From Iphione sp. A-MEVVRFRX5 (taxonomy: Eukaryota), in assembly GCA_976226885.1 (NCBI GenBank), contig OZ320313.1, forward strand, positions 86,800,001-86,864,000: DNA of 64,000 nucleotides. The letters run 5' to 3'. The position numbers and the translations under genes are program-made. Below, piece by piece: positions 39,566 to 51,289 of this stretch. The notes below the pieces were generated by a model. The model was not told the origin of the DNA and searched no databases. It was given only the letters and a program-made list of their open reading frames with translations. Each line of letters opens with the position of its first letter. Within the stretch, counting starts at the first letter, position 1.

Positions 39566-41602
39566 ATGCTGGGCTATCACGGTTGGTTGCATATTCTCTC
39601 AACGATTGCAATCGCCCTCCTGATTGCCAAGTACATAGAGTTCCATCATTTGACACCAGACGTCGCTGCACATGATGAAATCCATGCACGTACAACTGGG
39701 CGGTCCTGCAACGCGCACGTCGGTGTGGTGGCCGACAACAACCCGCGACCGAGGCCGGCGGCAACGGGGAGCGAGGCCGCAGACAGCGGGGCCGCAGGAG
39801 CACCTCAGGTGACAACTCACACCCTGGAGGTGAACCTGCACGAGGCGACGCCCACGCTGGAACTGGCGAACACTCTGGGTTCGGGCAGCGACCAAGAGGG
39901 CGCGCCGACAGACGGCAATGTAAGCCGCCTGGTGCGGCAGGGGTCGTCGGTCTGGTGCTGGGGTGACCGGCACACGGAGCGCCTCTGTCGTTTCCGTAAC
40001 CTCTGCTACATGCCCACGTCGGACGACTTCGTCTTTTTCCACGCGGCGCCGAGCGTCATGTCCGGCGTGCCGTCCGACCGTTTCAACCCCACACTTCTTG
40101 ACATGTCGTCCGTACGTGACCACAATATGCAGTATTTCAACTTCGTCGATTTACCAGTCAGCAAGGTGGAAAGCTTCGCGGTGGAGTTCGTCGATACGGC
40201 CAGCCTTATCTACCGCCGCTTCAACCCAGATAACCTCATGCACGTCATCCACGACGACCTGCTGCCCATGTACTACACGCTGCAGATGATGACGGGCGGG
40301 CACACAGACAACGTCTCCGCCTTCGACGTGCAGCTCGTCTTCATGGAAGGATGGAGTCCGGGCGACTTCATCACCCTCTACGAGGGCTTCACTCTCCACC
40401 GGCCGCTCTTCAAGAGCGACCTGGGGGCCCGCGACGCGGTCACCTGTTTCAGGGACGCCTACGTGGGCATCACCAAGGCCACCACCTGGTACCAGTACGG
40501 CTTCCGCGAGCCACAAGGTCCCATACCCGGTGCACAGGTGACGGCTCGAGAAATAAAACAGTTCACCGCCTACCTGCGGGCGCGCCTCGGCATTGATTAT
40601 CTGCCCGTGCCGAACGGCGAACGCTATATAGTGCTTGTCACTCGGAAGCACAACCGCCTCATATTGAACGAGGTGGACTTGACACTAGCCTTGGTGCATG
40701 AACTCAAGACGAAAGTGCTGAGTGTAGGTGTGGAGACTCACACAGTAGCCGAGATGGTGGCCGTGCTGAGCAAAGCGTCTGTGCTCATCGGCATGCATGG
40801 CTCGCTGCTGTCGCTGGCCATGTTCCTGCCGCCAGGCGGCGTGCTCGTCGAACTGTTCCCGTACGCCGTCAACCCCAACAACTACACCCCCTACCGGACT
40901 TTGGCGAGCCTACCGGGCATGGGACTTCTGTATCGGGCCTGGCGGAACATGGACGCCAAGAACACGCAGACGCATCCAACTCGTCCGTGGGACACGGGCG
41001 GGATCGCTCATCTACCGCAGGAGACACAGGACCGTATTCTGGCCAGCCCCGAAGTGCCTAAGCACCTCTGCTGCCGAGATCCAGAGTGGTTTTTCCGGAT
41101 CTATCAGGATACCATTGTTGACATTCCTTCCTTCCTTAGTCTCATCCGCACTGTGATCCAGCAGCGAGACAAGCAGTTCAATCTGACAGGAGGTAGCGGC
41201 GTGCCGACCGCATCGTTAGCCGGCGGCACGTCCGTGTCGGACCCGCGGGAGTCGCTCATGTATAAACGCATCTTCCCGTCCTCGGTGCAGAACCTGCGCT
41301 GCGAGGGGAACGACGACCGGGACTCGCTCTCCAGTGAGAGCGCGTTCACACCACCCAGTTTGTGGCTGTCCTGGCAGCCGCCGTGGAATATCAAGTTCCT
41401 GCAGGTGCGCAACGTGCACTACGAGGTGTGGATCCAGGAAACCGGACAGGAGAACTACACGGCATGGTTGCTGAGCAAGACGGCGCACCAGTTCTCCATG
41501 GGGCTGAAGCCTGAGACCCGTTACAACATCTGGGTACGGTGCATCATCAACGACAACGTCCAGGGACCGTTTAACCAGGAGCACATTAGCTGCTCGACAT
41601 GA
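39566..41602 (+). CDS. POMGNT2: Protein O-linked-mannose beta-1,4-N-acetylglucosaminyltransferase 2 (GT61 family with C-terminal fibronectin type III domain), 678 aa, single coding exon
   Basis: N-terminal type II signal anchor. Blocks near-identical to vertebrate POMGNT2 as recalled: GDRHTERLCRF, FNFVDLP, RFNPDNLMHVIHDDLLP, TTWYQYGF-EPQGP, NRLILNE, MHG, ELFPYAVNP-NYTPY-TLA-LPGM, HLCCRDPEWFFRIYQDT, WQPPWNIKFLQVR-VHYEVW, YNIWVRC. A pyrimidine tract and AG acceptor (39560-61) lie 4 nt before the ATG, implying an upstream non-coding exon. Confidence 0.96.
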   Translation: MLGYHGWLHILSTIAIALLIAKYIEFHHLTPDVAAHDEIHARTTGRSCNAHVGVVADNNPRPRPAATGSEAADSGAAGAPQVTTHTLEVNLHEATPTLELANTLGSGSDQEGAPTDGNVSRLVRQGSSVWCWGDRHTERLCRFRNLCYMPTSDDFVFFHAAPSVMSGVPSDRFNPTLLDMSSVRDHNMQYFNFVDLPVSKVESFAVEFVDTASLIYRRFNPDNLMHVIHDDLLPMYYTLQMMTGGHTDNVSAFDVQLVFMEGWSPGDFITLYEGFTLHRPLFKSDLGARDAVTCFRDAYVGITKATTWYQYGFREPQGPIPGAQVTAREIKQFTAYLRARLGIDYLPVPNGERYIVLVTRKHNRLILNEVDLTLALVHELKTKVLSVGVETHTVAEMVAVLSKASVLIGMHGSLLSLAMFLPPGGVLVELFPYAVNPNNYTPYRTLASLPGMGLLYRAWRNMDAKNTQTHPTRPWDTGGIAHLPQETQDRILASPEVPKHLCCRDPEWFFRIYQDTIVDIPSFLSLIRTVIQQRDKQFNLTGGSGVPTASLAGGTSVSDPRESLMYKRIFPSSVQNLRCEGNDDRDSLSSESAFTPPSLWLSWQPPWNIKFLQVRNVHYEVWIQETGQENYTAWLLSKTAHQFSMGLKPETRYNIWVRCIINDNVQGPFNQEHISCST

Positions 41603-43522
41603 CGTCTCGACCGGCCAATACCGCACCAACATGACGTCTGTGACGTTATGGCCTGATATGGTGGTGCGTTGCTTCATGGGAATATGCACATGAAGATATA
41701 ACCGCGTGTCTGTACTGTGTACGCCCCAGTTCAAGATGAAGGTCTAGTTGCCATTGTAAATAGTGTAAGTGTTGAACTAGGATGACAGTAATTTGCCATG
41801 GAGGTCATTGCTGAAATAATCCACGACTTGAAGGTGATATGGTCCATGATATAAACAGTGTATGTCATGTTTGGCTGACACAAGTATTAAGCAGACTAGC
41901 CTTGTACGAAATCTGACTCATACAGCGTGCATAATTGGATGTCACGAAGGAAGTGTTTCTTATGTTTTACCTAATAGGTCTAGAGATTTTCATTTCTGAA
42001 CATGATGACCTCATAGCCTCTCAATTAGCCCTCGCATATAAGATGTACTTAAAATTTAAAGAATTCGTGCATCGTGGTTAGACCTCTCTGATAGCACATC
42101 CTGAATTCTGCCGATTGAATGTCCACTGGACATTTTGTCACTGTTTTACTTGTCTAACATTTTTGGAACTGTATTGCATGGAAGTTGATAGCGTGAACCT
42201 TTTCCGAAAGGTTCCTGACTAATATGTATTACTTGATAAAGTAAATTTTGCATTCATGTTCATCAGACCAAGTATACCTTTGGTCTGGCAACCTGGCTGT
42301 TTGCTCGGTTAAAGTCACGTCTTCACACACGAATTGTAGGTGTAATCCCGATTCATTTCATGTAGAGTTGCGACAGATGTAATAACAAGTTAATGTGCCT
42401 ACTAGTAATCCTCCTAGAACATAAAAATGGTCAAACACTAAGCTATAGACATCCCTTTGTAGGAAGTACTACTCCAGTTTATGCATATGGAATGCGTACA
42501 TATATACATATATATATATTGAAGTTATAGTGCAGATTAATGTCATTTCCATTTCGTTATGTTATCGTTCAGTACAAACTTAGGAAATGTTAAGGTGTCA
42601 AATTATACATGAAATATCAAGGTTACCATTAAAACGATTTATTCTCCACCGTTACATTAGTTATTTTTCAGTGGCTTGCATGTGGCTGTCATTCCAGTTG
42701 ACTTCACAATCAAAATTATATGAAACGTTTTGCTCAGTCACCCATGATCGACCATTGTGATAAGACAAATACTGTGACATTTAATTGATATGTAATTAAG
42801 CAGGTATCCAAGAACACGATGAAGTAGGCTGGTGTTTCCTTGAGATTTACATGTAGGAACTTCATTTTGTTGATACTGTTAAGTTACTGCGGTCAGTAAT
42901 AAAAATCTATGAACAAAGAATTGTTGGCGTTGTTTTATAGTTGACGCACAGACAACACCAATCGTGCAGTAGTGTGCCTGAAGTGAGCCTAGCAAGATAT
43001 GGTTCTGCAACTTAATTCTGTACTTATCTTTACCAGTTCCTTTGCTGGAGACGTCATAATCTAAGCTGTACACTTCATATGATGTCCCTCATCCCCGTTT
43101 ATGAAGTATATTCTGGGAAGGTTCGTTAGCATGTTCGATAGTAAGTCCACCATCAACGAAAACGAATTTCCGAATTTCTCCAACAAACACGAACTTTCCA
43201 CAGTAACTCTGTTCTCCCAATACACAACTAGCATTTTGTATGGGCCGCATGCATGGAGTGACTCGATATGAAGTCATCTTCCGAATAGGATTTGAAAACA
43301 TTTTGGAAAAAAAACTAGTAAATATTTATATTTCAATAAGTTTTCTGGCAGGCTGGAAGCCTATGAGCTAACGCGACCCGGGCATGCTTCGATCTGCTGG
43401 AAGGGGGTTTCCTAGAGAAGTCTGGAATCACCTGTGTAATTTTGTTATATCTCACTCTGAGATTTCTTGATCCAATCCCAGTATCCAGGAAGGTATATTT
43501 CTTATTTGATGCAGTGCAAAAT

Positions 43523-43661
43523 TGAAGCTAAAACTTGTAGAGAAAAATCCCTTTCAATTTGGCAAAGCAGAGTTGCCCTGATTCGGAACAACCTGAAGCT
43601 TAAACCTGTAGAGAAAGATCCCTTTCAATTTGGCAAAGCAGAGTTGCCCTGATTCGGAACA
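43523..43661 (+). repeat. 71-bp tandem duplication
   Basis: TGAAGCT…GAGAAA…ATCCCTTTCAATTTGGCAAAGCAGAGTTGCCCTGATTCGGAACA starts at 43523 and again at 43594. Confidence 0.9.
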
Positions 43662-46051
43662 TCAGACTAAGAAAATCAGCGATCTGTCTTGCGATTCTGT
43701 GGATTAAAGCCTCAGGGTAATGGCAGAAAACTAGTCACCCACAAAATTGCATCGAAGTTTCGTTTTATTGTAATTGATGTCCTGACAGTCCAACGCCGCA
43801 ATATCATATAACTCGCCCTATCCTAGCAGCAGATAGGGCCCGCTCCACCGAAGAGGCTGAATACTATGGAGTCATCTGTCAGTATTCTGCTAGTATATAC
43901 CGGGAAGCCTCGAGTGGCAAAGGACCTTAATCCAGTTGACCAAAGTCATTGGAGTTAGTGTGACGAGTCACCAAAAACATACTGTTCGAAGTGTGCTGTG
44001 GGGCCATCGCCCTCCTATGGGCGTTAGTGACGGGCCAGTGGATGGAGCGCTGGTTGTTTCCTGCAATGGCAACGTTGCGGGCAATTTGGAGAGGGGAGAA
44101 TGTAAAGTCCACAATCGCTGCTATACGCCGAGAAGTGCGGCGTCAGGATCGTTGCCCCAACTCTTTACTGGTTTTTATCCTGAATAAATTTCAACTGGTC
44201 AGTATGACCCAGTCCATATTGCTGGCATGTTTGGATCCAGCAAGCATCGGATGACTACACCGTTTCTATCATGTACAGATTGAGAAATATAATGTACATG
44301 TCTCGGTGTTTTAACGGCAACTGACATATGTTACCAAGTTATATCACCAGATTACCATTTGATAACAATAACCACGCCAAGTTTCTCTTGGCCGTTCTCC
44401 TGTCCTCAACAAATACTAAGAAGCAAAGTGGTGTTTTGGATGTTTTTGTGCCATATACACATTTTCTCTTCAAGTTTAGTGCAGGCACCTACCCGTGTGT
44501 CTATAACAGTTACAGCTCTGACAGTGGCTTAGCAATCTGACTCATGGGGTTTCCCACATATGGATGCATAAGATGGATCCTCTATTTTTTGCAAAGAAAT
44601 TCTGGAATAATCTTAATAGAGATATCTTAGAACCTAAAAAATCTTCAAATATAACTTTTGATGGAAAACTACCGTGTACCTTAATGAGTCAACATTATTT
44701 AATCATTTATTTTCAAATGGTCTCACCTTACTAATTATGCATACAATTTACCTTGAGACAATATAATGGTGAATAAGTGGTGTTTTGTATATATGTATAT
44801 AATGTAAATAAGTTAGTCCTGTATATAGTATGTTATCATTATCACACTGTACACAGACTGTCCAGGCACCAATTGGAATGCCAAGTTAAATAAAATTTTC
44901 AAAAAATAAAGTAGAAAACATAGTAAATCACTTGCTCTATATTTCCTAAAGTTAAATTGTTTCTGGACGCCAATATGTATCATGGTTCCTTGATGAAATA
45001 TACACACAATTGAGAAAATGCGGTACAATGTCTATGAAGATTCAGCTTTTCGTGGCTTTACCCCGTCGCCATAATAAAGAAATTAAACAATAGCTGATGC
45101 TAATAAAAAAAATCACATTTCTACACTTTCTTCTGATATGATATTGCTTGTCTTTAAGTACCAGCTACCAGAGGAAAAACGTTTTAAACACCATTTCAGA
45201 TACAAAAAGCTTGCTTTTACCGGTCTTCAGAGGGTTGATACTAGAAAATATTTGCAGAATTATAAAGAAAAGAGAAGAGGTAGGAGAGGGTATTCTACTC
45301 TATAACAATGCGAAACAATAACACACAACACTATGTGCAATCATCAGTCCTCCTTCGAAAATTTTAGTTGGTCACAAAATATAGAAATATACGAAATCCC
45401 GTCCAATGTAAATAAACACCTTGAAGAGAGTCCTAATTCACTCTAACGTCCTTTGGGTTGGTTGAAAGTAAAACGACTAACTCCTCAAAAGAAGCCGCCT
45501 CTCTTGGGGTCACCACCAACTGCACTTACTCAGTGCCCAAGGTGACAGCATGAGTGGATGTATAATCACCAGACAAGTTTTTGCCCACAGCAAAAGATGA
45601 CAGAAGTGGTAAAATTTTGCCTGCTCGTGTTCTAGCTCTATGCGTTGGTTTCCAGGAGCCAACGCGCTTAGACAATCTTGAGTAGTGCTGCTGGTGGTTG
45701 GTTTTCTGACTACCTTTGAAACGTGAACATGAAAATGCTCCGATATTGAGGGGACGAACTATGAACAGGGGTGTGATGCTTTCATATATCCCAGCCTCCC
45801 ATTTTGGGGTGTTACATGAACCGTTCTGAAAAGGTTTCACAGATGTCTCGTTCTACAGAACCAAATCCTTCACAAGAATGATACTGTTGCAGTTTGGTCT
45901 CAACCTGGGATATTGTGCTTTTAATACTTAAGAACTTGTATCTCATATTATTGAGTCTTGAGCTAGAATTATTCCAACTCGAGGCGTAAAAAGGTAGTGC
46001 TCAGTACAATCTGCAGATATTCAAACTCCAGTCACAACTAGGTAATTAAGA

Positions 46052-46125
46052 GGTGTTGTTTCTAAATTTAGACATCCTTTTGCAATTCGGTGTTGTTTCT
46101 AAATTTAGACATCCTTTTGCAATTC
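46052..46125 (+). repeat. Perfect 37-bp tandem duplication
   Basis: GGTGTTGTTTCTAAATTTAGACATCCTTTTGCAATTC twice. Confidence 0.95.
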
Positions 46126-47879
46126 AAGGCTAATTTTAGTGCCAGACTATATATATAAGGGCCGAAAATTCCTGAATAAAGGGATAGTTTTTTGCTATAC
46201 TTGAAAAGAGCAACACTGAATGCATTTCTCATGTGGACATTCTTTATTTCATAAGCCAGCCCTCATGCGATTTCTGAGACATCTTACAATACTTAATACT
46301 ACCAGTGTAAACAGCTGGTCATAATGTTTCTCAGTAAAGAGTTCAGAAGCAATATTGCTAATCCAATGAGGACTTCCTCTGGTACCTTACCTTACGTCCT
46401 AACACAGAGCGGCCTTGCCACAACACTGGATGCATGCTCGGATCACATGCATGCCGCACTTCACCACAGGATAATGCCGAATCAGCAACAAACAATCGTA
46501 GCTGTTTTTCGGCAAAACCCCTTCAACGGGAAAACAGCAACTGTAAGTTTTGTTGCTGGTGGCATTTGGGCCTTTCAATGCATTAGCCCCCACACACACC
46601 AGGTCATCGAGGATAAATGAGAAAGGAGCATAATTGCCTGAGTCAACGTGTGAAAAACACCTTGTAAAGTGACTGTGCTACTCAATAAAAACCCTGGAAC
46701 CTGGAATCCGGAATCATCGCGGAAGCAAATACCTTTACTCCAACCGATTAGCTTGCAGACCTGCATTATCCTTCTTATAGGACGTCAACTGCACTGAAGT
46801 TTTCCTTTGACTTTACATTGGGCAAATATTTCAATACTTAATACATTGATAAAAAAACATATAAAACATCACACTGGGGCCCATATGATGTGACTAGGGA
46901 AGGAACACGTTTTGAATAAGATTATTAACGACTCCAACCGAAATCGCCGGACTTGGAGCCTGGAGGTGTCCTGCTGCAAAGCATGTTAAGCTGCGGAACG
47001 CCTTAAGCTATGGAGCGAGTAAGACTTGGAGGGAATGTCGAAGTCCCTGAGGATTACTCTAAACTGTCTATTTAGCTATTGTGAGGTCAGGATACTCATC
47101 TATTAGGCACTGTTAATAGAGGCTGCATGTCAAATCATGTGGGGAACAGTTTTTTGGAAGGCCATCACCAGACGGAGGAGGGGGGGGGGGCCCTCGGAAA
47201 AAGTAATGTATCTATACTCTGGTCGAATTTTTCCATATTCTTCGCCCACCTCTGGAATCACATGAGGCCCCCCCTTGGATACTCACATCTCGACCTGTAG
47301 GGTGCTGAGTGGGGTCAAAGGAGGCGACGGGGGACCCCCGACTGTCGGAAGCTGCCATAGCAAGCACATTACCAGGGAGGCAAAGCAAAGTATCGTTCTG
47401 GTATGCATCCTCAACGTACACAGTGCTGCCTTCTTAATTGTATCCAGCCGGTAGTAGATCTATTGGATGTGGCACACATGTTTTAATGCGTCGAATTTCG
47501 TCAACAGCAGGGTTGCCTTATCGTCATCGAAAGAGAGAATGAACTGCTTGACGCCCCCAACGATGTTAATAATCGTGACTGGGCATGAATACTGGAGGTG
47601 TCTATACTTTTTTGCTTTCTGAATTATTCCTAAACACTATTCATTAATTACTGGTGAAACACTTCCATAGAAACCATTCTTGGTGAAGCTTTATCTGCCA
47701 GTTTCCTTTTTTCGTGAAGCGTTTTCGAACAAGGAAATTCTTGTAGAAGAGTTATCTAGGGTCCCCTGATCTCCCCAACCATGGAAACAGGCTAGCCCCA
47801 GAGCTCCTTTTGAGCATATTGTCCCGGGCGCTTGCTCTAGCCATAAGGTGTTCGGCGCCATGGATAATAGGCGTCTATC

Positions 47880-48760
47880 TATCTAGGGTCTATCTATCAC
47901 ATAATAACGGATGAGCACAACACCACACAGCAGAGGCGAGTATGGGGAACACGTTTCGCCGCATAGAGGAGTTTCCGAAGTGCACGGCGGGGGATAGCCT
48001 GCCTATTCTTGGCCTTGTAGACGTCATCCAGGACCTGGCTCACCTTGTCCTCCGGGATGGACAAGACCCCATTAGCCTGGTCAACTCTGATGCCGAGCCG
48101 GGCGAGGGGCTGCAACAGGGGTTGTGCCTCTGCAACAGCTTCTGGGCCACAACGATCAGATCGTCCAGATGCATACGCGCTTCTATTCCCCTCCTCATAA
48201 GCATTTGGACAATGGCGTGTGGCGTGATGACAGCCGTGCTGCGGAAGGCATTGAGGTGTCTACATAGTACCAATCCTGCCATCGGAAGAGTAGCAAGGGC
48301 CAGTCCAATGGGCGGGATTGGAAGTTTTTGTAGGCCCGCTCACGGTCCATTGTGAACATGTATGCACGCGTGCCTTTGAGGCGAAGCAACGGCACTAATG
48401 AGTCCACCGTAGGAAGGGAATCGTCCCGTGAGTGTCTGAAGACAGCGTTTTTCTCAATAAAGGCATTCATAGATTCCTCATGAGATAAGAATAGGTGATA
48501 ATCTGCCGTTTGCATTCTTGCCTTTTAGGCAGCGACATAAGAGGGGAGACATGGGCTCTTCATATCGTTTACCTCTCTTTCGACAAATGAGTACTGGTGA
48601 TGAGGTTCATGCACGAAGTCACAGTTCAGATCCTTGTCTATATAGGTATCTATCGCCGCTGGGTACCACGCGGGTCTTGGGTGATTGTTAGTGTCCCTTG
48701 TTTTGGAAATGGGGCCCATATATCCGTTGGGAAGACCAAACAAAAAGTCAAGCGGCTGGA
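47880..48760 (-). mobile_element. DIRS/Ngaro-type (tyrosine-recombinase retrotransposon) RT remnant
   Basis: Frameshifted ORFs give, in order: NHPRPAWYPAAIDTYIDKDL, LPTVDSLV, FTMDRERAYKNFQSRPLDWPLLLFRWQDWYYVDTSMP, RMHLDDLIVV (YLDD-like) and LGIRVD…LSIPEDKV. This is the typical Ngaro/DIRS RT order. Confidence 0.75.
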
Positions 48761-48964
48761 TAAGCGGAGAATCTTATCGCAGCTCTTGGCGCCACCTGTC
48801 TATGTTCCGATGTGTTTTAGTGCTATTAGGGCACTGGGCCTGTCCGTACGTCAAACCGCCTCGTAGCTGTCCCCGTAATGTTGTAGGGAGCTGAGTTGGC
48901 GAGGCCAACAAGGACTCAGATAGGCGTACATGTCCTGCTGTAGAAGGATCTCATCATAATTATG

Positions 48965-49123
48965 CAGGCCCGTAGCCAAGGGGGTATCAGGGGTATCGTC
49001 CGATACCCCCCAAAGACACTAATGCCTATTTGCCTCTATAGAGAGGAAAAAAAGTTAGTTCCACCTCTGTTGTATTGGGGGTATCTTCCGATACCCCCAA
49101 AAATGTTCCTGGCTACGGGCCTG
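48965..49123. mobile_element. 159-bp MITE with CAGG termini and 6-bp TSD
   Basis: Perfect 14-bp TIR CAGGCCCGTAGCCA. ATTATG is duplicated at 48959-64 and 49124-29. Contains two internal palindromes GGGGTATC-N4-GATACCCC. Confidence 0.85.
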
Positions 49124-51289
49124 ATTATGTATGTTGACCGGTCGCGCATGCCTCGCTGATCACTGGAAAGTCAACGTCTGGCATTCAACAGTTGGACTCC
49201 CGACCGTTCGCCTTGACATCTTCGCTTTGTATTATGTCATACGAAGAGACGAACTACTCTACTCTTTTTTTGAAACTGGTTAGTGGCGATATTGGCATCC
49301 CACGACAGGGGTGGCTGGGTGTTGCTGTGGCTGCCATGTTTGATGTTGATGGGGGTGGATTACACGTCTGGTTTTATGGCCCCAGTCCATGTTGTCTTGA
49401 CATGGGTCTTAAGGTGTTTGTTCTGTTGCCACGAGCAGACACTGCATGATTATGATGAGCCGCAGGTAGGATATGGCAGCCGGCACAGATATGCTGGAAG
49501 CAGACCACCTGGATGGTGTGTGATTCCGCTTTATAGGGCGCCGAAGCTCACGCGAATTCTACTTCCTGTTGTGGAGGGACTGGGCACAGGCAGTCATTTC
49601 ACACAATGCTTAACATATGGAGCCAGAACTTTCAATGTCTCTAGAAGATAAACCATTGTTCTGTTTTCATTGAAATGTTCTGTAGCTATACACCTATCCA
49701 ATATCTACTTGTATGCAGACGCATTTTACTGTAATCCTATATTTATTTTTTAATAATTATTTTCAGATCAAAATATTATCTACTTTCAAACCTGTCCACA
49801 TTTCAAATTTCAGGTAAAAATAACCAAAACATATCTTTTAATAAAAAGAAACTAATTCTGTAATAGGCTTTCCCCATAATACTGACTGGAGATGTGCCGA
49901 GCTGTTTAAATTTTGTGGGAATTCCCCACTTCTTGCACACAGAACGGGAGTTACTTCGGCACCCTATCAGTGCACATAAACGCGCCATACTCCGGGCATA
50001 CCATTGTGTGTCGCAGCCCGTGTGGATGTAGACCGTGTTGCTGGTGTGCATCGAGTCGCCGTATATTGGTCGCCATTACTGCCATGTTCTGCTGAATTAT
50101 CGTGGATAATTGATAGGCATGCTGCTTGAGCTCGCCGAATTGGACGACTAATCTCTGCCTGGCAGCGTTGACCGACGGGCGGGGGCAGACCTTGTTAGCC
50201 GTCCTGTTGTCTTGGACCGGGACTGGCTCAGTCTGGTCCAGGGACACTGGTTGCTCATTTTTGTGCTGGTGTTCTTGGTCCATGTCCTGAAAGAGCTGAG
50301 GCTGTTCCGCTTCTGCCATACTTAAAGGAATCTTCTCCGTGTATTTGTACTATATACGAAAGATTCCTGCCAGTATACTCGGCTAGAGCAACTGCATGGA
50401 TGAGGTCGGTATACATGTAATGTTTGTCATGCCCGAAAGGGCGAGAAAGAGGCGAGGCACTGCATATAGAGTCGACATGAAGTGCCATTTCTCGATCTGT
50501 CTTTAGCAGAACATATCATACTTATTGATATTTGCAACATCACAATTGCGGTACAACTGTCGATTTTAGATTTGAATTTCAGTTATGTTTAATGTTTTTC
50601 ACAAGTGTACGTAAATCACTGTAAAATGTATACTCTACACGTAAGAATTAACGTTCTTCATATATTTCATGGGTGCTATTACTAATATGGGCAATGCATA
50701 ACATTACATATTGAACAGGCATGTCTTGTTGCCGTGTCTATTTAACCATGAACACCAGTTCATGTACAATGTCCTGCTGCAACCTGCCTGTAATTGTGAC
50801 AAAAAAGTTTCGTTAGAGGAAAATATTACTTGATTATGATATTTTGGGAAAATTGCATCGTCCAAGACCCCAAAATAGAAGGACATACTGCGATTAATAG
50901 AGACAAAAGGGCAACGTTGTTCAATTAAAGTTGTGATCAACAATGAACTACATTGTATTCTGAAAACCTCCCACCTGTATGACTTCCTAGGCCTGGTTTC
51001 CTTACCTGGGGCCGGCTGCTGTAACACCGAATTGATGCTCATTAACCCTAATACCGCGCCTTAATACCACTTAATTTTTAGTGTCCTCTGCTGTATCATG
51101 TTAAGCCGGAAGTTACGACCACCCAGCTGGTATTAGCTAAAGTGCGCTCTGCTGTAACCCTCGTAATACCGCGCGGGACGTACTAATTGCGGTTTTAACC
51201 TACTTTCCTTAAACCGTCTCCATGGGTCGGTTTAAGCGGGAGTTTTAGGCTAGTACTAGTTTGCAACTTGTATTGTCCACACGTACACC

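Noticed and set aside
39558-41734. Overlapping alternative-frame and antisense ORFs across POMGNT2
   Set aside because: Shadow ORFs of a GC-rich coding exon with no independent motifs.
45900-46620. Possible R2/NeSL-type LINE C-terminal zinc knuckle and REL endonuclease remnant (minus strand)
   Set aside because: Only faint motif echoes (QGRS, DWSL) across stops and frameshifts; not enough to call.
49990-50030. HGLRHT as a tyrosine recombinase H-x-x-R catalytic motif
   Set aside because: An isolated match after a coiled coil; no upstream Arg box or downstream Tyr at appropriate spacing.
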